64,000 bases of DNA, taken from Azolla caroliniana (lineage: Eukaryota; Plantae; Polypodiophyta). Both the position numbers and the translations under genes were made by a program. Of the stretch, positions 40,001 through 50,814 are shown piece after piece. Position 1 is the stretch's first letter; every line of letters starts with the position of its first letter. The notes beneath the pieces were generated by a model. It saw only the letters and a program-made list of their open reading frames with translations. It made no database searches and was not told the origin of the DNA. Location of the stretch: assembly GCA_043228905.1 (NCBI GenBank), contig JBHGNT010000008.1, positions 11,346,001 to 11,410,000 of the forward strand, written 5' to 3'.

Positions 40001-41749
40001 CCCCGAGATACAAAGCCAGGATCGTGGTGAAGGGGTTCCAGCAGAAGAAGGGCGTCGACTTCGACGAGATATTTGCCCCGGTAGTGAAGATGACCTTCAT
40101 CCGGACGGTGCTGAGCATAGCGGCAAGCATGGACCTCGAGGTAGAACAGATCGACGTGAAGACGGCATTCCTTCACGGTGACCTCGAAGAAGAGATCTAC
40201 ATGCAGCAACCGGAAGGATTCGAGAAGAAAGGGAAGGAGCACCTGGTATGCCGGTTGAAGAAGAGCCTTTACGGACTGAAGCAGGCTCCCCGGCAATGGT
40301 ACCGGAAGTTCGACTCTTTCATGACCGACGAAGGGTACCACAAAACGCAGTCCGATCACTGCGTGTTTGTGAAGAAGTTCGAAGGAGGAGACTTTCTAAT
40401 ACTCCTCCTGTACGTGGACGACATGTTGATCGTTGGACGGGACCAGGTCAAGATACGGATGCTGAAGAAAGCGCTTCACCGAACCTTCTCAATGAAGGAC
40501 CTGGGTCCGGCGAGGCAAATACTAGGGATGCACATCATCCGGGACCGGAAGAAGAAGTAGTTGTGGCTGTCACAGGAGAAGTACGTGACAAAGGTGCTTC
40601 ACCGGTTCAACATGTCGGAAGCAAGACCGATCGGGTCAACCCTCCCGGCAAACTGCAAGTTGTCCAACAAGCAAAGCCCCAAGACAAAGGCTGAGAAGGA
40701 GGACATGATGAAAGTACCATATGCCTCTGCCGTCGGAAGCTTGATGTATGCAATGGTGTGTACAAGACCGGACATAGGATATGCAGTTGGAGTGGTGAGC
40801 CGGTACATGAGCAATCCCGGTAAAGAGCACTGGAACGCGGCCAAGTGGATATTCCGATACCTGAAGGTCACGGCAAACGTGTGCCTCCGGTTCGGCTCCG
40901 GTAAGCCCGAACTCGACGGCTTTACCGATTCGGATATGTCGGCTGATGCAGATACCAGCCGGTCCACATCAGGGTATGTGATGACGTATGCAGGGGGAGC
41001 TGTTTCGTGGCAGTCGAGGCTGCAGAAGACGGTTGCGTTGTCAACCACGGAGGCGGAGTACATGGCGGCTGTTGAAGCCGGCAAGGAAATAATATGGATG
41101 AAGGACTTCATTAAAGAGCTCGGTATCCGGCAGGAGGAGTACCGACTCTACTGCAACAGTCAGAGTGCCATCCACCTTGCGAAGAACGCGGCCTATCACT
41201 CCCGGACGAAGCACATCCAACGAAGATATCACTGGATCCGGGAAAGGATAGAAGACCAGGAGTTCGTGCTGACGAAGATCCACACGGACGAGAACGGGTC
41301 AGATATGCTGACCAAAGTGCTCACACCCGACAAGCTGGAAGCGTGCCGGAAGAGGGTCGGACTGGAAAGACATCCCATGCCGAAGTGAAGGGGGAGTTTG
41401 TTGGGATTTCGGTCCCTCCGGATGGGATGTCCGGAGATGAATGACGGCAAGCCCGGTTGCGGTTACGGAACCGGAGGATGAAGAGTACCCGGCATGAAGC
41501 CGGATGAAGAGTACCCCGGCTACGGAGCCGGATGATGAAGACCCCGGTTACGGAGCCGGATGACGAATGTACCCGGAGAGAGATCCGGATGCGGGGACAT
41601 ATTTGTGAATATGTCTGCCAAGGGCCCTTGAGGCTATATTTGTAAATAGCCCGAAAGTCATATGTGTATAAATATGACTTAGGGCAATTAGCTCAAGTTG
41701 TTACTCTTCTTTTCTGTTTTTCTACTTAGAGGGAGCTAAGCGAGCAGCA

Positions 41750-41784
<35 letters not shown>

Positions 41785-42048
41785 GAAGAGGTCGTTGCCT
41801 CTGTGTATTACCGCCGTCTGTGGCGAAGACAATGAGCTCAAGGTTGTTGCCTTGTAGCTTCACCATTGTACATCTCTGTGTATAGTGATCGTTGGAGTTT
41901 GAGGACTCCCGTGGTTTTTCCCCCTTTAGGGTTTTCCACGTAAAATATCCTGTGTACTCTTCTCTCTAGTGTCTTCGTGCATTTTGTATTTCCTGTTTTC
42001 TGTGAGTTAATCCTATTCCTCGGTTGTGGCCGAGCACTGTGTTTAACA
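36631..42048 (+). mobile_element. Young full-length Ty1/Copia (Tnt1/Tork-TAR-like)
   Basis: LTRs 36631-37296 and 41399-42048, identical by eye except (GA)n length. TSD aatgt/aatgt. PBS tggtatcagagc 37300-37311. PPT aagggggag. Confidence 0.97.
37328..41388 (+). pseudogene. gag-pol, near-intact (frameshift near 37890-37910, TAG at 40558)
   Basis: ORFs 37328-38239, 37912-40560 and 40561-41388. CFHCGKPGHFRKNC, WVVDSGAS, ADNGGEY, YVDD, RTKHI. Confidence 0.95.
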
Positions 42049-42160
42049 AATGTGACCAATGCTCATGCTCTTCTTGAAGACTTCCATCGTCAATATCCAA
42101 ATAAACTGGGTCCTCAATGCAAAACAACTCGTGACACTCGTCGGTTTTAAGGGGGGATAG

Positions 42161-42581
42161 TGTCATGATCTGGCAAGACTCAAACCCATGACTATATGTT
42201 ACATGGGTCGAGCTCTTGACTATTACACTATCTATTGTCATACATAAGATATTATTTTTATTTAAGTTTTACTATAAAAAATTAATGTATATTCTAGATT
42301 TCTCTAGAACATTTTAAAAGCTTCAGGACTACTCTTGAGAACACTATAAAAGGAGGCACAAGGCATTATTTCGAACCAAATCGGTTCAACGCCAGTCTTA
42401 AGCCTCCTAGCCTTGTATATTCTTCTCACATAATATATCGTTGTCATCATTATTTTCTCTCCCTCGATCTCTCACTCTCTCTTTCTCTCTCTCGCCTTCT
42501 CTCGAGTGTTCTACACCCTCTATTCCTCTTAGTACTAATTTCTTCTCTGTCTCAGTACTAATTTCTTCTCTATTCCTGACA
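42161..42581 (+). repeat. 3' LTR of Tcn1-like element 1
   Basis: Follows the PPT. tgtcatga...cctgaca. Confidence 0.93.
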
Positions 42582-44856
42582 ACATGAGTATGAAAGGCTT
42601 ATTCAAAGAAAGAGAAGAATATGGGAAGTTACTCAACAATTTATCCAAACATAAGAGAAAGCACATGCATGTGCTACATTTTGGGGAAATCTAAAGGGGA
42701 AACGTGTTGACAGTTATGGTGACTTAACTCTTCACGACTTGTTTATGGATTGTAAGAATTTATATGAGTTATCTCTTGCCGGAAAGATGATGTGTTATGG
42801 TTCTCTTTCACATATGTCTCCCTTCTTTACAATTGAAGATATATGCATAGGACTTAAGAAATTGGCCTCTTGAAAGGCAAGCGATCTTCAATGTATAAAG
42901 GCTGAAATGCTCAAATGGACGGGAAAGGAAGCACATGTATGGATAAGCGATATGTTTAATGATGCATTGCAACATGGTATGTTGTACAATTGCACCACAA
43001 ATTGAATCAAACCTTTACATAAAGGTGGAGATGTAAATAATGTAAACAACTATCGAACCATCATGGTTGGCTCATTAATGGCTAAATCATTTGGATGTAT
43101 AATGGAATCAAAGATAAGTGTATGGGTTGAAAAAATGGTAAGAGAGCTTATGGACAAGTTGGCTTTCGAAAACACCATAGCACCATTGATCACCTTGTCA
43201 CACTTCGAGTATTAATGGAGGAAAGTCGCCTTAGAGGTAAAGGTTTATATTGTTCCTTTGTAGACTTCAAGAAAGCTTTTGATATGGTACCTCGTGAGCA
43301 TCTTTGGAGGCGAATGGAAGAACTTGAGGGGCCAAGTGAATATATGCTTGCAATTTCCCGAATTTATGAGAAGGTTATATGTTGTGTGCACATGAGAGAT
43401 AAACTTTTAGATGGTATCAAAAGCACTATTGGTGTTAGACAAGGATGCCCACTCTCACCAACACTATTTGGTCTATGCATTGATGAATTGGAAGAAATGG
43501 TTACGAAGTTTGCAAAGGAAGAATGTGTTGAAGAAGTTGTCATTGGGAATGTTGTGATTATGCTTTTGCTATATGCAGATGATGCAATGCTTTTTCCAAG
43601 TATTGTAGGAGATGCACAAAAGCTTATGAAGGCATTCGAAAATCTTTGCGTACATACTAAATTAAGTGTCAATAGCTCTAAAACAAAGATTATGCTTGTG
43701 AAGAGCCAAAAAAGAGATAAACCATGCATTATGTACAACAATGAGCCACTTGAATGTGTGGAAAGCTTCAAATATCTTGGCCTTGAAGTTCGTTCAAATC
43801 ATAGATGGAATGAATGTGCTACACGCTGCTTAGAGGCGGGTAAATGAGCATACTATGCATTTGAGAACACATGCAATCTTGGAGATATTTAGTGTTGGGT
43901 CCTCAAGAAATATCGTTTCGACACTTTTGTGACACCGGTTCTTCTCTATGGGGTGGAAGTATGCGGCGGTAGCATCCCTAAATCTATGTGGAAAGAGTTT
44001 GAAAATGTCCAAAAACATTTTCTTACAAAGTTTCTACAAGTTAAGAAACAAACCCCCTACACCCTCCTCCTTGAGACGGGATCGCTTCCCATTGAGATCA
44101 TGGCTATGGAAAGGGTTGTTGAATACACGCTTAAGGTTCAAAAAAGTCCCTCACATCAACTTCTTAGACTTTCATGGGAAGCAAGCAAAAAGATCCGAAA
44201 TACGCATAAAAGCAAAATTTTGTGTTCCGGTTGGATACAAGATATAGAAAAATGGTTTGGTAGATGGGATGCGAGACACTACTTCATGATGCATCATTAG
44301 ATTCCTATGTAAATGAGGCCCTTTTGCAATGCCAATGTATCATGACATGGGACAAATGTGGAGGCTCACGCTTCATACATTATACTACACATGTTGCAAA
44401 ACCATATTCTTTGCGGAACGGGGAAATCATACACATCGATACATGTTAGAGACCATATCGTTATTTGCCATTCAAACCATTGCTTCCATGCGACTTAGCT
44501 CACATGCATTGCGATGTGAAACAGGTCATTGGGGCACAAGTCATGAGAGTGGTCGGTTATGCACACTTTGCCCTAAACAAGTTTATGAGTCTGAGTATCA
44601 CACTTTGATACAATGCTCTGCCTTTGATCATATTCGACAATGCTTTCCACATCTCTTCGATCAAGCCCAATCCTTGCATGAATTCCTCTCAGAACCACAA
44701 TGTGCACTCTCGATTGCAACATTCATTGGTAAAGTTCTTGAACATCGGGACTCACTACTCACTTTCACACGTATCACGTGAAATTTAATATTTTTGGTCT
44801 CATAGGTCATATTTGACCTCCGAAGACGATAATATAATCTATCTATCTATCTATCT
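42582..44856 (+). mobile_element. LINE 3' part: RT, C-terminal Cys/His domain and (ATCT)5 tail, RTEX-like
   Basis: NNYRTI, FVDFKKAFD, GVRQGCPLSPTLF, YADD, FKYLG, RLSSHALRCETG..RLCTLC..ESEYHTLIQC. Tail 44837-44856. Confidence 0.92.
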
Positions 44857-47543
44857 CTCCTTCGTGAGTCTTACACACTCCCTTCCTCTTAGTATTAATC
44901 CTCATAGTACTTTCCTTTTCTAATACTAATTCTCTCTCTATTTTTAGTACTATTCCTGATAGTTTGAACCGAATTTACTCATCCTCTTATCCCTCCTTCC
45001 CTTCATATTAATCCACTTATCCTCTCTATTAAATGGCAACTGTTAGCGCTCAAGAATGCAAATCTGTTTTCTTGGAGCTCTAGTGCTTAAAAGAGAAGTT
45101 TGTAGCACTAGAACAAGAAAATCACCGTCTGTTGGGGGATCTTCAACAAATAGCTCTAGAAAAACAACAACACGGGGAGATGACGTTATGTGTGCAACAA
45201 CTTGGAGCAATGATTGTATCATTACAACAACAAGGATCAAGCGCCTAAGGGACTCACAAAGAACCCAAGATCGGTCTTCCTATAAAATTTGATGGGACCC
45301 GATCATAGTTTAGAGGTTTTCTTAATCAAGTACGTCTAGTGATTCAAATGCATCCTTCTTGATATCCCACCGATGCATCACAAGTGGGACTAGTAGGCAC
45401 GCTACTTAGTGGCACGACTTTGGCATGGTTGGCCCCCCTGTTAGAAAAAGATCTCCCTTGTTCAATAATTTTGAAGAGTTTATTAGCGAATTTAGAGTCT
45501 GTTTTAGAGATACCGACAACATTAGGATGGCAATCAACAAAATCCGAAGATTGCGCCAAGGTGATCAGCCTCTTATGGTGTGGATTTCCGTCTTCTCACC
45601 ACCGATATTCCCTGGGATGATCAGGCATTAATGGAGCAATTTCGTTATGGCCTACGTAATGATGTCAAGGATTTACTCTTGACTTTTCCCAAAGCGCCAA
45701 AGTCATTGACAGAAGCAATCAGTCAAGCAGTACGATGTGATAACCGCCTTTTCGAATGACGTTCGGAATGTCAAATCCAGATGCCAAGGATAATAACAGA
45801 GCCCACCTACGCCTCAGTTGTAGCAAAACCTTTTCAAAGGGAGTAATATAATGTTTCTCCAGCAAATACTCCAACTCCGATGGAAATTGACACCTCATGT
45901 CGTCGCGGACCATTATCGGAAGAGGAAAAGCAACGATGCCGAGCAAATCGATTATGTCTTTATTGTGGTGGACCGGGGCGGGGCATATTGCACTGAACTG
46001 TCCCCATACCCATTGGCCAAGAAGACAGGTAAACCAAATAGTCGCTAGTACTAATTGTACTAAACCTGAGTCTATTTCAGTAGGAATATCTGATAGTCCT
46101 AATAGTACTAATAGCCCAAGTCTATCGAACAAATTTGATGTCCTTAGTCAGTTGGAAGAAGAGTTAAATGACTAAGTCCAGCCAAAATAGGAGTCGTTTG
46201 GTTGGACAACCCTAGATCTGTTCAACCCATATTCCTTCTAAGCAAGTTAGCAATGTGTTTGTAGCTCAAGTAGCAGTTAGTACTAAAAGTACCTCTCCAG
46301 TACATATCTTAGCACTCTTAGATTCCAGAGCTAATTCTTGCTTCATGCATAGGAATTTTGCGCAAGCTCATCAGATATCCCTAAAAAAACTTCACTGCCC
46401 AGCATCTATAGTAGTCATTGATGGTCGTCCCATTGTTTCTGGAAATATCATAGAAGAGTTAGAGCCAATTAGTATTGTCCTAGATATTTTGGCGTGTGTA
46501 GTATCGTTTAATATAATTTGTAGCCCAAAACATCCCATTGTTTTGGGGTCACCATGATTCGAATTACACAATCTAGACATAGATTGGAGAAGAAGAGAAT
46601 TCAAGTATTGAAAACCCCAAGAATCTACTCAGAAGGTTTCAACCATTTCGCTACATCAACTACGTGAGGAAGGATGCACGAAATCAATGTTTGTATTCGC
46701 AATATCAGTGAAACCTTCTAACACTGCTGAGGAGTTAACAATTCAACTTCCAAAAAAGTATCATCATTACGCCAAAGTTTTTGATAACGTAAAAGCTAGT
46801 ACTCTTCCTCATCATTGACCCTATGATTGTCCCATTGATTTACAACCAGGAAAAGAGCCACCATAGGGACTAATCTACAACTTGTCACCAACAAAGCTTG
46901 AAGTTATTCGAGCTTACATAGAGGAATATTTGGGAAACGGGTTCATTCAACATTCGAAATCTCCAGCCGGTGCACCCATTTTCTTCGTCAAGAAAAAAGG
47001 TGGCTCAATTCGTCTAGTCGTGGATTACCGTGGCTTGAATAAGGTCACCATCAGAAATAGGTATGCACTTCCCTTGATCTTGTTACTCCTAGGGCCGGAC
47101 AACAGCCTAACACAGGGTGTCCACTTAAGACACTTCACCGAAGGGTGGTACGGAAGAATGACTTACGACACAACGCTTAATTAGACTTTAATTGGTTACT
47201 TAGCAATCCGTAATTAACACGCGTAAGATATAACAATGAATATAGAATGGTAATCAACACTGGAAGATTAAGACAATAAGCTCTATTAATTATCCGCTCT
47301 CAATTACATTGTAATCGGGCCTTTATATAGGTCTCCGGTGTGAAACACAAAACGGTGCCAACCGGCACCTTTTCGGGATCGGTCCGGATCCGGATCGGCA
47401 TACCGCTTCCGGTCCGTCCGTCCACATCTTATCATATATTACTATATATTTTAAGACTACTAATTACAACAGTTCCTGAATAAACTATTCCTTTCACACT
47501 CTGGTTTGGACCTCCTTAAGCCTTCTTGCCAGCCGGTAACACA

Positions 47544-47560
47544 TGGCACGCCCGTGGGAC
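47544..47560 (+). promoter_or_regulatory. PBS-like tRNA-Arg complement in place of the PPT
   Basis: tggcacgcccgtgggac starts 2 nt inside the 3' LTR boundary. No purine tract on the element's sense strand. Confidence 0.65.
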
Positions 47561-47595
47561 AATACCTTGTACGTCGAACCCATTATCCGGCCCTT

Positions 47596-50590
47596 TTACG
47601 CTTCGTCTAAAATGTCCAGAATGCTTTGTTCCAAAATTTCCAATGGTTCGTCGGGAATCTGTTGTTGTTGTTGTGGCTGGTGTACCGTTTGTGGCTGTGG
47701 CTGCTCCGTTTGTGCCTTCTCCGTTTGGGACTGCGGCTCCGTTTGTTGCTCTAGCACCGACGTTTCCTTCATTGGTTCCTCCGTCAGAGTTGTCTCTAGC
47801 TGACTGACCCCGGCCTGGTCCCCGTCTGGTCCTAGTACCGGCGAAGGTTCCTCATCACTGAGGTTGACTATTGCCGCCTTTCTTGCTTTTTCTTCCCGAA
47901 GCCGAGACCGCTCATAGCTCTCAAACTGGATTTGAGCCTCCAGCCGATCATCGTCCAGTTGAGCTACGAGCTGTCGGACCTGTACCAATTGTTCATCCGC
48001 CAGGGCTGTGAAATCTTTGGCCAGTTCATCCCTTATGGCGGTGAAGTCCTCCGATGTCAACGTATAACAGTCGTCACCCTTCTTCCGCCAGTTTTCTACG
48101 TCTGCCCTGAGCAATTGGAGTTCCGCCGTATTCTGCGCCCATTTCATCCACTAACGCACAAAGCTATCATCAATCAAGCTTTTGGTCTTAGTGAGCCATG
48201 ACCGGAGGATGCACTGGATCCGTTCGGCTCCCATCCGTGATTTGTTTTCTGCAGCTTGTCGCTCCTCTTTCAATTGCTTGATGATACAGACCGTGTCCGC
48301 CTCCTACTCCCGGTAATGAGACAATTGATTTTGATAGGTTGTTTGCAACCTCTGTAATACCATTGTCTCTCTTTGCTTGTCTCCATGGTTCTGTTTGTGG
48401 AGCTCCATCCGGTCATTCGCCGCTTCCTCCAATAGCTTGGAACTCTCAGCTCGTTTGTCGGTGAGTGCCGTTGTGGCCCTATCAACTTCTTGCCGGACCT
48501 CGGCCATCCGTTCCGGTTGTTGCTTATACTCCATCTCCAACTGCTTGTAGTCCCGGTGCAAATGATCAAAATCATCGGTCTTTTGCTTCAGCCTCTGGTT
48601 GATCTGCCGGTGCGCGCAGTCCTCCCGGTCCTTCTGTTGACAGAGCTCTTCCTTCAGCCTCTCAATTTCCGTCTCCGCCATCCGTCGCAACTTGTCTTTT
48701 TCCTGCAGCAATTTCTATTTTCCGTCCTTCAGCCGGTCGTAAGCATGATGTCCTTTACACAGGTTTTCCTCTGCCCGGCGGAGGTTCTCAGCAGTCTTTT
48801 TTAATTCTTCTTCAGCCGCCTTCTTCAAGTCACGTTCGCGGCTCCGTAATGCTTCTTGTGCGGCAAGTTCATCTCATAATTCCGCAAGCTCTTGGACTTG
48901 TGCCGCATCTTTCTTCGGGACAATTTGTGTCTCCGGGGTCTTATTCCTCTATACATCAACCAGAGTCACCGGTGCTTGGATCTGCATTGCGGTTAAGGCC
49001 ATTTTGGCCATGTCTCTTGTGATCCGATCCATGTCTTGTTCGAGGCACCGGATCCTTGACCGGGCCGTCTCCAATTCATCGGTTATGACGAGCAACCATT
49101 CCGTTTGCGCTCTTTCCTCTGCCTCTATGCATCCGACTACTCAGGCAATTTGTTCTCCTATCCACCGGAGCCATTGGCTGCCGGTGCACTGTTGTTGTGC
49201 TTGCACGGAGGGTTGGCTGATGGGTTCACTCGCCGGTGGCTAGTCCCGCCTTACTACGTTGAGCTGCACTTTTGGTTGTGCTTGCTGACAACTTTGTTGT
49301 TCCGGCTCTGAGTGTGTTTCGGCTAGTCGCCCCTTGTCTGCTTGTTCTTGGCCGACTGGGAAGGGCGGCCTTTGTATATCCGACTCTTGAGTTACGAGGC
49401 TTGCCGGTGCTGCCTGTTGTGTAGGGACTTCTATGACCGGTTTCATCCGAACTGGTTCCGATACCTCCCTTGGCGTGGGATGCTCAGTATGAGTTGTGGG
49501 CGTTCCATCCTTCTGTGGGTCCGAATGCTTCCCAGCCGACTCAACGGTGCTCTTCACCGGCCGCCGCTGGAGGTGCTCCGTGGGTTCTTCCTCCATTTCC
49601 TCTGCCTGAGTCCCGACATTCATTCTTGCCGCCAGGGTGTCTGTTTCTTGTTGCACCAGTCGGTAGAGTGGGCTCTTCAGGGGCCATGCCGGTGTCTCCT
49701 CGTGTGTGTCTATCGGCCGCTTCCGGATGTCGCGCTCCTTTGCCGCCTTCTCTACGTCGGCCGTCTGCCCTTTAGTGGCCTTGGAGGCCAAAAATTGTTG
49801 CCGTTTCGAAGCAGGTTTCGGGGTGTCGTCCGTTGCTCTTCCCCGCTTCTTGGTTTGGACGGGCTCGACCGGTGGTGCCAATAGGGTGAGCCATTGCGTC
49901 ACCGCATGCCATATTTTCCGGCCTTCCTTGCCATCCTTTCCTCTTACTATATCAATAGTTGTACACAGCCCGTCGATGATCAGCACCTGCCCATCTACCT
50001 TGACCCCTTCGTACGTTGTGATGATCAAGCTTACTCGGTTTTGAGGCATGGCAGGGGGTCGAGGGTACACGTGGCCGAACTCATGGAGCACACGAGCAAT
50101 TCCGCGGAATAGCATATCTTCGCCGCCCTGTGTCCTATAGCCCTTGCTGACCAGAGAGTACTCACCGAGATATTTGATGAGTTGCTCGGAGGTAGGATTG
50201 TCGATCGTGTAGATGCCTCCCTCCGGAAGGCTTATTAACGCACGGATCGCCTCCTCCGTGATCACCTCTGTATCGATTTCTTTGATAATCATTTCAGCCT
50301 CCTTGTGTGGCGCCGCCTCCATGATCGTTAAGAAACCCTCCAGTCCGTGCTATCGTAGCCATTTCTTGGCGGCTTCAGACAGCGTTTGGTAGTCCAGCTC
50401 TGCATCGAGGTCAGAGAGCGTTGGCGAGGTTTGGTGGTGGGGAGAGTGTCAAAGAGAAAGTTCTGAGGGAGGGGGTTCTCTGTGTGCGAGCTCTCTGCGA
50501 TTGATCTTCACGCGTCTGTCTACATCTGTTCTCCTTAGTTCGCGATAGGAGAAGGTCTCGATGCGTGGGGGTTTTTCTCTCTGCATCTTG
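47596..50590 (-). pseudogene. Extra ORF downstream of pol (N-terminal domain, disordered linker, long coiled coil)
   Basis: ORF pieces 49240-50322, 48304-48711 and 47596-48147. E/K/Q/R-rich heptads. Start position uncertain. Confidence 0.7.
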
Positions 50591-50814
50591 GCGCCTTTTT
50601 CGACCCTCCGCTTGTGCAGGTCGTGTACTATAATAGCTGCCATGTGGCGGTGGTTTAATGTCCTATTCATAGCCCCTTGTACCTTTTCGACGTGCCTCTT
50701 TACTCCTCGTTTGCATGGCCGTTTCCACCACTCCTTTTCATGATTTATTTGATTCCATTCGATTTTATCTTCTTCTTTTTTATCTTCTTTTTTTTCGTAA
50801 AATTAATTGTGTGG

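Larger units (their letters stand above)
14551..42581 (+). mobile_element. Tcn1-like chromovirus element 1 (host of four nested insertions)
   Basis: LTRs 14551-14985 and 42161-42581. TSD gcatg/acatg. PPT aaggggggatag. Order gag-PR-RT-RH-INT-chromodomain. Confidence 0.92.
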
